Assembly: GCA_023213395.1 (NCBI GenBank) | Contig: CM041465.1 | Location: 184,519,741 to 184,583,740, forward strand | Direction of reading: 5' to 3' | Length of the DNA stretch: 64,000 bases | DNA from: Cycas panzhihuaensis | Taxonomy: Eukaryota; Plantae; Cycadophyta | In this document: positions 1 to 11,700 of the stretch, piece by piece | Numbering within the stretch: the first letter of the stretch is position 1 | How the letters are laid out: each line of letters opens with the position of its first letter | Notes under the pieces: model-generated | Databases searched by the model: none | What the model was told of the DNA's origin: nothing | The model's input: the letters and a program-made list of their open reading frames with translations, nothing else | Translations under genes and position numbers: made by a program

Positions 1-552
1 GCACCCCTTCGTTGTCCGTGATCGGCGTTGCATGCGGAGGAGGAGAGGAGCGCAACCAAGGAGGGAAATCCGCCCGCTCGAGCGCGGATCCGGTATTCTT
101 CGATACCTTTCATATTTTCTTTACGCTTTTATGTTTCATTGCATTTCTTGTTATAGAGAACATAAAGGAAAGAAGAAAACAACCTTTATTGTGTATTCGC
201 TTGCTCGTACTATTTCTTTACATTGCATAACATAGGAATAGAAGGCTTGTTTGCGTTGTATCCCTAGCGCATTCTACCGTTTTCTTTACACTTTTGGTTG
301 GTTGCCCCTCGCCGCCTTCTCATTGCCTTGAGAAGTAGTGACTGTGATGATTCTTTTCCCTTCCGGCCATCAGAAGGGTAGGAAGGCCTCGTCTTGCACG
401 GCACTGGAAGCAACCAGCACCTTGCGATCCGTGCCGCGCTCCGACAAGACGGACGTCCGCGAGGTATGATCCTCGCTATTTAGCCTGTTTAGCGTATTGT
501 TTTATGCCCTTCCCGCTAGGCGTTGGATCATTGCCCCGCGGAGAGCGTTTCA
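1..552 (+). repeat. 3' part of the 5' LTR of element A
   Basis: Direct repeat of 7316-7883; ends in CA immediately before the PBS. Confidence 0.95.
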
Positions 553-553
553 C

Positions 554-571
554 TGGCGACCATACTGGGGA
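554..571 (+). promoter_or_regulatory. Primer binding site, tRNA-Arg-like (TGGCGACCATACTGGGGA)
   Basis: TGG start 1 nt after the LTR end; resembles the TGGCGAC...CTGGGGA Arg-type PBS of Tat/Ogre elements. Confidence 0.8.
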
Positions 572-1471
572 CTGCCAGTAAGGGAGCTAGATCCGCTTCC
601 CCTTCGTGTTGGTGCTCTTGCCTTTAGGTAGGTTCGCATTCCGTGTTTTGAGTTGGGCAACCCCCAACGGGTTTGCAGTGCTTTCCTTTCTTTTCCTTTT
701 CGCTTTTTCTAACAACGCTCGCGGAGGCGTTGCATGCGACGCTTCTCGCGCCGCGCGGGTTCTGGCCGTTGTTAGAAGACCAATCGTCGCGTTTCATTCC
801 ATCGTCGAACCCCGCTTCTGATGGAAGGTTACCCGTCTGATTGGGCCTACCATGCCATGACTTCGTGAACTCAAGAGTTCCTTCGTCTGCTCCGGAATCC
901 ACGTGAGGGCGAGGATTCCATCTATTACCCCGATGACCATTTCCACCCGAAGATTTTGAGCCTTGGCTCATGCAATGGAAGATCCGGCCACTGTGAGACC
1001 CGCCACCCCACGGGCGAGCCTTACGAGGAGCGCCTGAGGATCCCCGACTTCGAAGTCCCTTCGACCTCGTATGGCTATGAGGATACCCCTCCGACGCGGC
1101 CGAGGCGCTTAGTACTTTCGAGCGATTCGCCAACCGCCTCCTAGATGGTTAACGGAGATGCTACGCAACGTGGCGTCTTCCTCATCCATGCCCACGTCAT
1201 CTACGGTGATTGATGCTCCCGTCCGCGCGCACACGTCCTATGCCGTGTCTACCCCGGCTCCTAAGACGAGTGTTGCGCCTGCGCCTAGTCGTGGTCCCAC
1301 TTCCTCGGGACGTAGCGGCGCATCTTTCCCTCAACTCGGGGTTAGTATGCCTTGCTCAAACCAAACGCACGTGCCATCACGAACGTGGCGCGTTGCTCCC
1401 TAGTAGGCCTCGAGGCCCTCTACTAGCGCCGCTAGCCATGTAGGACCCACTCCTACATACGTCCGAACCGG

Positions 1472-2979
1472 TTGGTGGTCCTTCCCTTTACGTGCCCCTG
1501 TGCTGCGTCACAACCTTGGGGGCGGCAAGGGAAACCACCTCCCTGCTCATGGAGTGGACGTTGCACCCATATGGGGTCGCGCCACCTACGGGTGGCCCAT
1601 ATGGGCAAACCCGGTCCCTCACCCTCTGTTCCGACGTCCAGCGACTCCTGGCTGCACAAGACAAGGAGCGCCTCCTTTCGAGTTGCTACCGGCCCCTTTC
1701 CAACAAGGGGCCTCTTTCGAGGAGGGATGGGTATGCCACCCCCATCCATCCCTTTGACGGTTGTCGATCCCTTAGCCCAGGCAAGGACACGTCCTTTCGT
1801 GGACTATAGGTCGACACCTTTATGCGTCGAGGCGCTAAGGACTAACTTGCCGCCTCATCCTCCTGAAGTCCCCAAATTTGACGGGACTTCGTCGCAAGAC
1901 CCAACCGAACATGTGCGCAGCTTTTCCATGGCGTGCATCGACTATTGGGCCTACGACCATATCTTGATGAAGCTCTTCCCGCGGTCCTTGCAGGCGGCGC
2001 CTCAAGTGGTTCTACCGCCTTCCGCCCATTCGATTTCCTCATTCCAAGGCTAGTGGACGAGTTCGTCAACTACTTTGACGTAGCTCGTCCATTCGAAAGC
2101 GGAATGAAGGCGCTTCTGTCGCTCAAACAAGGTCACGATGAGATGAATCGTGACTTTGTGCGACGTTTTCACGACCTTCTTCATTCCACCAAGGCCACCT
2201 TGCCTGAGGAGTTGAAGAGGGATCTTTTTGTCAATGCACTTCGCCCCGAAGTGCATGTGGAAGTCCTCAAGATGGGGGCAACCACGTGTGACTCCGCGAT
2301 TTCGAGGTGTTTGATGTTGGAGGCCATTGAGATCCAGGCTGGACTCAAGAAACCTCCCAAGCCCTCACAACGTCGTGAGGCACCTCCCCCAGCGAAGGAA
2401 ACCGCACCTTCGCAGCCCGCTAGGTCCGCCCCTCATCCGACTGAGAGGACCCTAGATCCACTTACCTCCGCCATTCGCTCATTCGAGCGCACGATGAAGG
2501 AGCTAAAACTCTAGCCTCCTTCGTCGCCTACCTCCCATAGACCTGTCCAGCAGACTTCTCGTATGATGCCCCCCAAAGGGGGTAACACCCAACCTTCTCA
2601 AGCAAGGAGGACCGATCCTCCCCTTGAGAAGAGGTGGTGTTCCATCCACGGGGAGTGTTTCCATGACGATGCGCATCACGGGCACAGCACCCACGCGACT
2701 CGTCCCCTAGGCGAGCATCGAGACCTAACCTCGATCAGCCTGTTCATAGAGACCCGTTCCCCAAACATGGGGAACGTGGTCACGATGTTCAGCAAAGATA
2801 CAGTCAGAATCGGGATAGATCTCCCGATCCTCGCCCTTCGCATGGTAGAGGGAAGGGTATGCGAAGGTCACCTTCCCCTTCGCGCTCCCCTGACCACCGT
2901 GCTCCATCACCTTCGCAGTCCCGCTACAAGGGAAAGAAGGTTGTCCAATTGCTTGAGACCACTCCGTTATATGCCTTAA
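1472..2979 (+). pseudogene. gag: Gag of element A (frameshifted as assembled; true start probably further upstream, ~850-1200)
   Basis: PEVPKFDGTSSQDPTEHVRSF...LMKLFPRSL, LKQGHDEMNRDFVRRF (retrotransposon gag motif) and a WCSIH...H zinc-knuckle-like motif, spread over ORFs 1472-2053, 1933-2514 and 2563-2979. Confidence 0.85.
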
Positions 2980-3289
2980 CTTGGGTCCCCAGTCGCTAAA
3001 GAGGCAGCTGGTGCCTCTTCATCCACATCTTACCTTGATCCTCTTCCGGAAGCCGTTCCTCCGGAGGTTCCTGCGCTTCCCAAGACTATTCCCGTCCGCC
3101 CCGGTCGATTCGACTTTAGAAGGGCGCTTACCCAACCCACAGGGAAGGGTAAACCCTTTTCTATCGTTGACGAGCTCTATACCGTCACTGCGGGAATGTC
3201 CTTGATGGACGTCTTGAGAAGCTGCCCTGAGCAACGTGCTCTTCTTCTTGAAGCTCTTGGCCAACAAGACGCTTCCATCCATGCGATAG

Positions 3290-4004
3290 GTGCTACCTCC
3301 CATGGGCCACCTGTCATCTCATTTGATCCTAGAGATCTCCCATCTCCCAAAGAAGCGGGAGAAGCTTTTACGTGCATTCGTCATTACCATTGACACTCCT
3401 GATTGTATCGTAAAGAGGACCATTGTAGATAATGGCTCCTCGGTTAATGCTATGCCTGCGCGTATGCTCAAGGAGCTAGGCATAGTAGCTCTTGAGTCAT
3501 CCTTGGAAATGCCAAGGGTATGATGGGATCGAGAAGTCCCTCCGGGGCGCCTCCCTATCCCTCACCTTAGGAGGGAAAACTGTTTCTGTCGAAGTTGCTG
3601 TACTCGATGTCGATGTAGAGTACAACCTCTTGTTGGGCCGACCATGGCTCGACCAAATGGGAGCAGTCTGCTCCACGCAATGGGGGCAACTTAAATTTGT
3701 CCATGAAGGACAAGTTAAAGTTGTCGCCCGTGAGCCTATGCCGTCTCACACCTCTCATCCAGCCTGCCAGGCTGTTTTCGATGATGAAGATAGTGATCCT
3801 GAGGAGGTTACCCCTTCCGTGGGACCTTTGTTTCAGGAGACCGACCTTCATCAGTCGAGCCCTATGCCACGTCATGAGCCAAACCTAGTTAGGTTTGCCC
3901 CGATTGGCGTAGGTGGTTACGGTTACTTAGCCGCCATGAGTGATTCTGATTCGGATAGCGAGGGTTATGGGCCCTCTCCTCGACGTGTCACCCTGGTTTC
4001 GTGA
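3290..4004 (+). pseudogene. Retroviral-type aspartic protease of element A
   Basis: VKRTIVDNGSSVNAM catalytic motif and YNLLLGRPWL motif in ORFs 3290-3523 and 3492-4004. Confidence 0.9.
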
Positions 4005-4390
4005 ACACCTAGGGGAATATCTCGATCAGATATTCCCGCTCTTCCTCATTCTACAGTGGCTCCCGAGCCACTGGTCCTAAACCAGCCATTTATCTTACCT
4101 TCTCGACCCCCCCGAGCGGTTTCACGTAGGCGCCCACGTCGGCGAGCCACTCGTAGAGGCATTTCTTCTTCACGCTCTAGATCCTTACCTCGGACTAGAG
4201 CCACTCTTACTCGTATGCAACCTTGCCATGCGATCCATCGCGTGCCAGGTCCGTTGCACTCATCTGATTCCGACCATAGCAAGTTTACTGGTAGACCTAG
4301 TCACACTAGGCCTACTCTTCATCACCTATCTCCTACCCTGCGTGTGACTACCCCTACCTTTATGGGGCCTAGGCACACCTCTTCCTCTCT

Positions 4391-4645
4391 TCACGCTCCG
4401 AAACGAGCCTAAACTACCATTTTAAATTGTTCCCATTCCTCCTAACCACGGGTGGAATGGCAATTTAAGATGGATCCTTGCTCCGAAACGAGCCTAAACT
4501 ACCATTTTAGATTGTTCCCATTCCTCCCAACCACGGGTGGAATGGCAATTTAAGATGGATTCACGCTCTGAAATGAGCTTAAACTACCATCTTAAATTGT
4601 CCCCATTCTTCCCAGCCATGGGTGGAATGGCAATTTAAGGTGGAT
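4391..4645 (+). repeat. Three tandem 85-bp units, each a small hairpin + CTAAACTAC + long hairpin
   Basis: Units 4391-4475, 4476-4560, 4561-4645. Each holds the inverted repeat CCAT(T/C)TTAAATTG..CCATTCC / GGAATGGCAATTTAAG(A/G)TGG. Confidence 0.95.
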
Positions 4646-4873
4646 TCTCGTTTCTTCTTCCAGTTCCTCATGGAACCCGCGTTCCGTCGCTCTTGGGAAC
4701 CTTTGTCCTCCTACTTGGGCATTCCCCAACTGGGACGACGCTATGGAGTATCGTTACTCCTCCTTCCGTGCTTGTCGTTTCCTTTGCATATTCCGCTATG
4801 CTCCCCTGTGGACGTGCATGTCACTTTATTTCTAACCTCACACCTCTCGATTACCTCTACTCACAGGGGGATG

Positions 4874-7800
4874 TGTGTGCTCCTGTTAGACATATGGCCA
4901 TACACGGAAGGAAACACATGCATCTTCATATTTACAAAATCTACATATCCAGCATATCCCGAGACACCTCAACGCTGAGGCCGACAGCCTCGTCCACCTC
5001 ATCCTTGAGTGTCGCCTCCCTCTTCTTGACGACCGCCCCTGAGACTTGCCTGGCCAGCCCGTGCCCAAGTTTTCGGTTGTTATCGATTAAACGTACTTGT
5101 TTTACTTTGCTGGATGCCTCTCACTTCACGTTGTACTTCGGCAACGGGGGCATCCCCTTTCACTTGCTTATTCCAGTTGCAGGTCGATGCTTAGACGACG
5201 CGTAGGCAGCCCCTACGTCGTCCTCGTCTCTGTCTCCCTTGTCCACGCGTTCCGCCATGACACTTGCCTACGCCCTTGGATCACGTGCTGCTCTTGATTG
5301 CTCTTATATATATATATGCATGTGCTACTCATGTTTTCTTGATTGTCAGCATTCGCCATCACATTACGCTTCCGAGCAGTGAGGCTCACGCCATAGGCGG
5401 TGTTTCCGCCATCGGGGAATGGACTCGGACGATCGACCTGTGTTTGTGCAGGTATATGTTCTTACTTTTCTTACTTATGATTGCTAAGGTAATTTAGAAT
5501 AGTTTGATTGACATGTGCTGCGCCGCGTGCTCGTTTGCTGCTCATTATGCATGTGCCTAACGGCACCTCTTAGCCTATGACGACTCACTGAGGGGCATCC
5601 ATAAGCGGATCGACACCCGTATGGCGTCTGACCACTCACGATGTCTCCATGGTTTCTCGGGATGCTCCCGCCATTTCGTTTGTCCTTATTGCCACATGCC
5701 ACTTATGTTGCAAACCCTTCCTAAGCTGGTTTAACCCTTAGCTAGGGCTCTTTGCACCATTTTGGGTACTTGCTCACCGCCTGGCCTTCCCCGATTGATT
5801 TAATTCATGCTCGCCCTTGTTCTTACCTTAAAAGCTGATTTTATGACTTTTAGGTTGCTTTTTCTCTTTTTCAATTTTGTCTGCATCAAACTTAGTGGTA
5901 CCACAAAGTTTGCAATGGCACTCGTCTGCATGATAAACTTAAGCGTGACCGCGAAGTTCACCGCATGATCGCTTAAAATTTGAAAAAAGAAACCACGATG
6001 GCTGCCATGAATCGGCCACAGGTCTCGACCAGTTGGAGGCGCGAGGCCCCAACGTTCACTTGCTATGCCCAAGGCATAAAAACCTTTTTTTCATTCATTT
6101 GCCTCATTCTTGAGTTCACTTTTCTAGACTTCCAAGCAAAAACTCTCTACTAAAAGACAAAGGAAAACACAGAAACTAAGGATTTTCATGTACAGCAGCT
6201 TGAGCAGGTGAAGTGGGCTACTACCACTGGAGTTGCAGGCCATTCTTTGCCCCTACGTCTCTCCATCATAAGCTTCACCTTCTCTTACAAATACTCAAAG
6301 ATCCAAAGCATTTCTTCACAAGAAAGACTACTCCAAAGGACAACTTCTAGCTCCCATCTTGCATGGGCTTCCTCCTTCAATCTTCTTGCAAAGGACACTT
6401 AAAACCAGCCTTAGACACTTTGCTTGTCTTCTTGCTCCAGTGGCCAAGTGCATGCATGCATGCTCTCCTTCATTCAAGGTATTTCTTGTCTCTTGTTGGT
6501 GCATTTTTCCTTGCTTTTTGTTGTTCTATTTGCAAGCTCTTCTCCCTCTTTTGCGTGAACTTCCTTTGGGATCTCCTTTGTCATTTGATGCAAGTAACCT
6601 TAGCTAGTTGTGGCTTACTATAGTCTTTGCCCTAGATTGGGTGCATTTTCTTGCATTCCCTTGAGATCCATCCTTCCCCTCTTAGCTTTCTCTTCTACCA
6701 TTTCCTAAGCTAGCCGGCATAAAGGGTTTCCACGAGGATTTGAGGGAGATAGGCGGGGTTCCGTCCCCTATTGCCGTCCTTCTCCCCAAGGGTTCCGTCC
6801 CTTATCCTCTCCCCCTTTAGCACCCGTGCTTTCTTAGGAAACAGACTAGGAAGTCTTAGAGAGTTGGGTTGAGTTTCCCTCTTGGTGTAGAAATCATTAC
6901 TACATGACTCACCTTGTTGCATGTTAGCACTTGTTTTCCCTATACCGTGGAGACCTCTCGTGGGTGAGTTAGCCATCCAGGGCTACACTCGATCCCATTT
7001 GGTGCTTTTGTGGTGTCGATAGCTTGCATGCTTACCATACGATTAGTTTCATTTTCGTTACATGTTGGTGCTTAACTACATTTTGCTAGCGTAGTTGATT
7101 TCATTTTCGGTATATACACATATATCTTGTTGTGCTTAGAGCCTCTCTCGAGAGGAAGGCGTTTGTTGGGATTGTTTGCGAGGATTGCGTTGGAGGAATC
7201 ATTGCGAGATCGACCTAGCTTGGCCCCATATGGTATTTCTTCTCCCTTTTTGGTTGAGCTTTGCTTTCGTTTCCTTCATTTCATTTAGTCCTTACATGCT
7301 TTTGGGGAGGTAAGTGCACCCCCTTCGTTGTCTGCGATCGACGTTGCATGCGCGGGAGGAGGAGAGGAGCGCAACCAAGGAGGGAAATCCAGCCTGCTCG
7401 AGCCGGATCCAGGTATTCTTCGCATACCTTTCATATTTTCTTTACGCTTTTATGTTTCATTGCATTTACTGTTATAGAGAACATAAAGGAAAGAAGAAAA
7501 CAACCTTTTATTGTGTATTTGCTTGCTCGTACTATTTCTTTACATTGCATAACATAGGAATAGAAGGCTTGTTTGCGTTGTATCCCCTAGCCGCATTCTA
7601 CCCCGTTTTCTTTACACTTTTGGTTGGTTGCCCCCTCGTCGCCTTCTCATTGCCTTGAGAAGTAGTGACGCGCGAGGATTCTTTTCCCTTCTCGGCCATC
7701 CGAAGGGTAGGAAGGCCTCGTCTTGCACGGCTACAGGAAGCAACCGAGCACCTTGCGATCCGTGCCGCGCTCCACAAGACGGACGTCCCGCGAGGTATGA

Positions 7801-7883
7801 TCCTCGCTATTTAGCCTGTTTAGCGTATTGTTTTATGCCCTTCCCGCTAGGCGTTGGATCATTGCCCCGCGGAGAGCGTTTCA
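4874..7883 (+). repeat. 3' LTR of element A (~3 kb; left boundary inferred)
   Basis: Right end is certain from the match to 1-552. Left end is inferred from the PPT-like CAGGGGGATG followed by TGTGTGCTCCT, which mirrors AAGAGGGGACTA-TGTATACTCCT at 18625-18647 in element B. Confidence 0.6.
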
Positions 7884-8521
7884 GAAGGCAAAGTGAATAA
7901 ACATCTTTATTTATCAATTATGTGTTTTGTTTTTCTCTTACCTTCTTATTCGCTTACATAAGAAAAGAATAAATATTTGGAAGTTTAATAAAGTAGTTCT
8001 TGGAAATAAAACTTGCAATTCTTTTCTATCCTTTCACTTTCTCTTGAGTATATTTAAAAGATTAAAAAAGGAAAGTAAAGGACTAAGCAATAGGATAAAT
8101 ATAAGTACAACTTAAGCACCTAAATTTCCTTTGTCTCTTATGATTATTGGTATTTTACTCACATTCTTAAATCATTTAAGAAAAACACAAAGTGAAATGA
8201 GAAGGAAGTACATGTTGTATTTTATATGGTTTGATTGATTGTATGCTTATTTTTTAAGAATGCATGTTGGTTTATATATGTAAACTTGGCTTGTTAATAG
8301 TTGATTTAATTAACTAGATTTAGATTTATCTCTTTTTAATGTGTATACAAATTATGTCATAACCTACATTCATTTAATTCCTTCTTCATAGATTAAACTC
8401 ACAAGTAGACAAGATCCTTTTTTAGGGATTAGTTAAAAGGGTTGACCCTAAAGACTAGTTACTTAAGTTTTCTCTACTTATAGAGTTGCTCTAAAGCAAC
8501 TGGCCCCAAGCCAATAAACCA
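7884..8521 (+). repeat. 3' part of the 5' LTR of element B
   Basis: Roughly 80-85% similar by eye to 25766-26419; ends ...TAAACCA. Confidence 0.85.
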
Positions 8522-8525
8522 TTTT

Positions 8526-8543
8526 TGGTGACCTTGTTAGGAA
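8526..8543 (+). promoter_or_regulatory. Degenerate PBS of element B (TGGTGACCTTGTTAGGAA)
   Basis: Follows the LTR end plus TTTT; resembles the PBS of A after C>T/G>A decay. Confidence 0.55.
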
Positions 8544-8719
8544 AGTTGTCGAAACTTCCTATTTGCTTGCTTTAGACCTACATCATTTATTACTATTTAT
8601 GACCAGTCAAGGAAATTTCCTCATACTTTACTACTTTATTGATTGGGTAAAATTCTTTATTCTTATTTAGGATATTTAATTTTTCACTAAATTTTCTATT
8701 GTTACCCTTATCTCTCTAT

Positions 8720-11700
8720 TTTGATGGATATTCCTCTTTATACTTAACCTAGGAGATCTAGGAGGCAATAAGGCCTCTCTTCTTAATAACATGAGTATGA
8801 CTACCATTAAAAATTTGTGCCCTAAGAGGATTATTTAACTTATGAAGATTATTCTAAATGCTGGGGATATGGGACTTACACTTATCCTTCTAAAGAATCA
8901 ACTAATTTATATGAAGTCCCTATCAAGTAGAGTTATCTTGATTATCCTCAAACATACTTAGAAAATCCATCTTTCTTAACCTCTTCTACCATTCAAGAAA
9001 AGGGTCAAGTTGTCCATCCATATTATGAACATGTGCTTATTAATATCCCTTCTCTTATTCTTATCCTTAGTTGCCAAGACCTATTTTATCAAGATACTCA
9101 TACCATGACAATGTTCTCACACCTAGTTCCTGAGCAACATAAAGAATAAACCAATCCCCTTACATAAGAGCATCAATCCTTATAAAATGACCACCCTCAT
9201 ATAACTAATGTTCCATCTTCTCCTCCTCATTTTCATCCTCCTACTCCCAAGGCACCTCTTGCCCCACCCAATAAAACAAGATACTAGGTCAACCCATTCC
9301 TAACCTCATGTGTTGGTTAACTCCATGCGAGGAGGAACTCATATTCCTCTTGTGCCTTTGGTTTCCTATGATGTCCTACTTGAGAGCTCTACTTAAGAGC
9401 ATTATCTTCCCTTTAGGACATCCACATAAAGCCTCTATATATTATCAAGTACCTCACTTTGGATCAAGTAGAGGACCCTCCCTTATATGTAAGTAGAAGT
9501 ATCTACATTCAATTTCACAAGTTCCATCATCGAGTAGATCCATCCCTTTCCATGCTCCCTTTTTCCCTACTAAGAGAATCCCACATCCTTTACCTTATCA
9601 AAACATAATATATAGTGTGAGATTGCCTCTTTCCCCTTCACATAAGGGACCTATACCTTTAACACCTTTATATCCTTCATATGACACTTACACTAATGCT
9701 TAAGGTATATAAAGTGGATCTCATGCACATGTTATCATTAACCATCATACACATCAACAACATATCCTTAGACCCATAAAGGGACCTATGCCATCCTTTG
9801 GTCCTAGACCTCGTAACCTTTATCTACCTTATCTATCACATATACTACCCTCCCTTTAATATAATCCTTTAATTCAATAATATCCTATTGCTCAAATAGG
9901 TTCCCACCTTAATCTTGCTGCATGGTTTATAACTACTTATCCTCAACCTTCTTATATATCCTATTATAATTAATTGCTACTTGGGAATTCTTTACTTTAT
10001 CAATAACTTCCTCTTGAATGCCCTCTTATGTTAAGGTTTAGAAGGCCTTTTGTTGATTATATAAGGTGCCATTTTCTACAAGAGGTCCTCCTATCCCCCA
10101 TACCCACTTTTTTCCTAGAATTACTAAAATACTTAGGTGAATATTCCCAAGATTGTACTTCATATATGTATGTTTTTTCACTTGCATATTCTAATTTCCT
10201 TCTGTATAACTATATTATGATGAGGTTATTTCCCAAGTCACTTTAAGGTGATACTTTGAAGTATTTTTACCATCTTCCATCTACTTCGATACTTTCATTG
10301 TAGCAATTAGTTGATGCCTTCATCAACTATTTTGATATTGCCAAACCTTTTGAAACCAACATTAAGTCTTTATTATCCATAAAGAAAAATTATGATGAAT
10401 CATCTCATGATTTTATTAGGTGATTCTAAGACTTATTGCATACTTGCCACTCTCCTCTTAATTTTGCCTTCTCTTTAACCTCTTCACTAGTGCTTTGAGA
10501 CCTTATGTTCATTCATAAGTCCTTAAGCTTGGTCCTCAAAATTATGAAGAGGCCATATATAAATGTTTGGCTCTTGAAGCCTTTGAGATCCAAGCTAGAA
10601 TTAAGAATATTGTCAAGCTTACTCCATTACAGAACCTACCCAATAATCTAAGCCTTGACATACTAACCAAATATACAACAACCTTACCTCTTCTATCAGG
10701 GTACTTGAGCATACCATTAATACTAAGTTGCATGTTGAAAATCCTCCTAGAAATGAAAAAAAATAAGAAACTAATATTATTCACTTTACTAAAAGTAAGA
10801 AACATAAAAATCCTCCTCTTCCACCTTCAATAAAGAAGACTCCTTAGTGTTCATATCATCAAACTGACACTCATGATAGGGATTAGTGTTAAGTAGTTTA
10901 AGCTATGGATTGAAAGACTTAAATTATAATAATCCTACGTTAAAACCAAATCAGGAATAACTAATTCATAAAGACCCAATTACTGAATAAGACTCTAAGG
11001 ACACTAAGGATAAAAATAAAAGCAAATATAAGTAAGATGAGATTATCAATGATGAGAATATAGGCTCTAATCCAACTAAGAAGCATGCCACCTCACCTAG
11101 AGCGAGTGGTAAATGAGCTAAGAGTCAAAGATAGCCACCTCTTAGAGGTGGTAAGACTAAGAGAATGATTAATATGGTTGAGGTTATAGAGAATCTAGGT
11201 ATGACCAAATCCTTTGATAATTTACTTGTAAAAAACCTTGATTCTTTGCCTCTTATTCTATCTCAACTTATTTATTTTAGTTTCATTCCTTCTATTTCAA
11301 AGGATGGATCTTTCTCTTTAGTCAATGAGCTAAAAGCCATTCCTACTAGTATTTTAGTTATGGCTTTGTTAAGGAGTTGCACAAAGCAATACTAAATTTT
11401 ACTTGATGCTTTGGGGGTTTTTGATTCCCAACTCTCTATCAAGTTTTACTCTCTCATTTGATTCATTTATCCTACCTAGTGAAGCAAAATATAGCCCTAA
11501 TGACATTCCAACATTTACATTGAAATATATAAATATGACATCAACATTCAATGAGTTATTATTGATGAAGGTTCATTAGTAAATGTAATTCCTCTTGATC
11601 TAGTTGAAGATCTTAAAATTTTTGCTTATGAACCTTATGAGTGGATATGTTAGGGGTATGACAAAAACCAAAAGATACATCTTGGATAAGTTACTCTCCC

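Larger units (their letters stand above)
1..7883 (+). mobile_element. Element A: young non-autonomous Ty3/Gypsy (Tat-like) LTR retrotransposon with gag + protease only; 5' end outside the window
   Basis: 1-552 aligns to 7316-7883, both ending ...GGAGAGCGTTTCA. A PBS follows the first copy. Gag and aspartic protease motifs are present, and no RT/RH/INT motif lies between the protease stop (4004) and the 3' LTR. Confidence 0.9.

Noticed and set aside
624-1757. Several overlapping 60-190 aa ORFs on both strands as novel genes
   Set aside because: GC-rich, proline-rich gag N-terminal/leader region where stop-poor alternative frames are expected; no domain motifs
5194-5222. Hairpin GACGAC(GC)GTAGG-CAGC-CCCTACGTCGTC as the start of A's 3' LTR or an ncRNA
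   Set aside because: Single short hairpin; no TG terminus or adjacent PPT, and the 5' LTR start is outside the window for comparison
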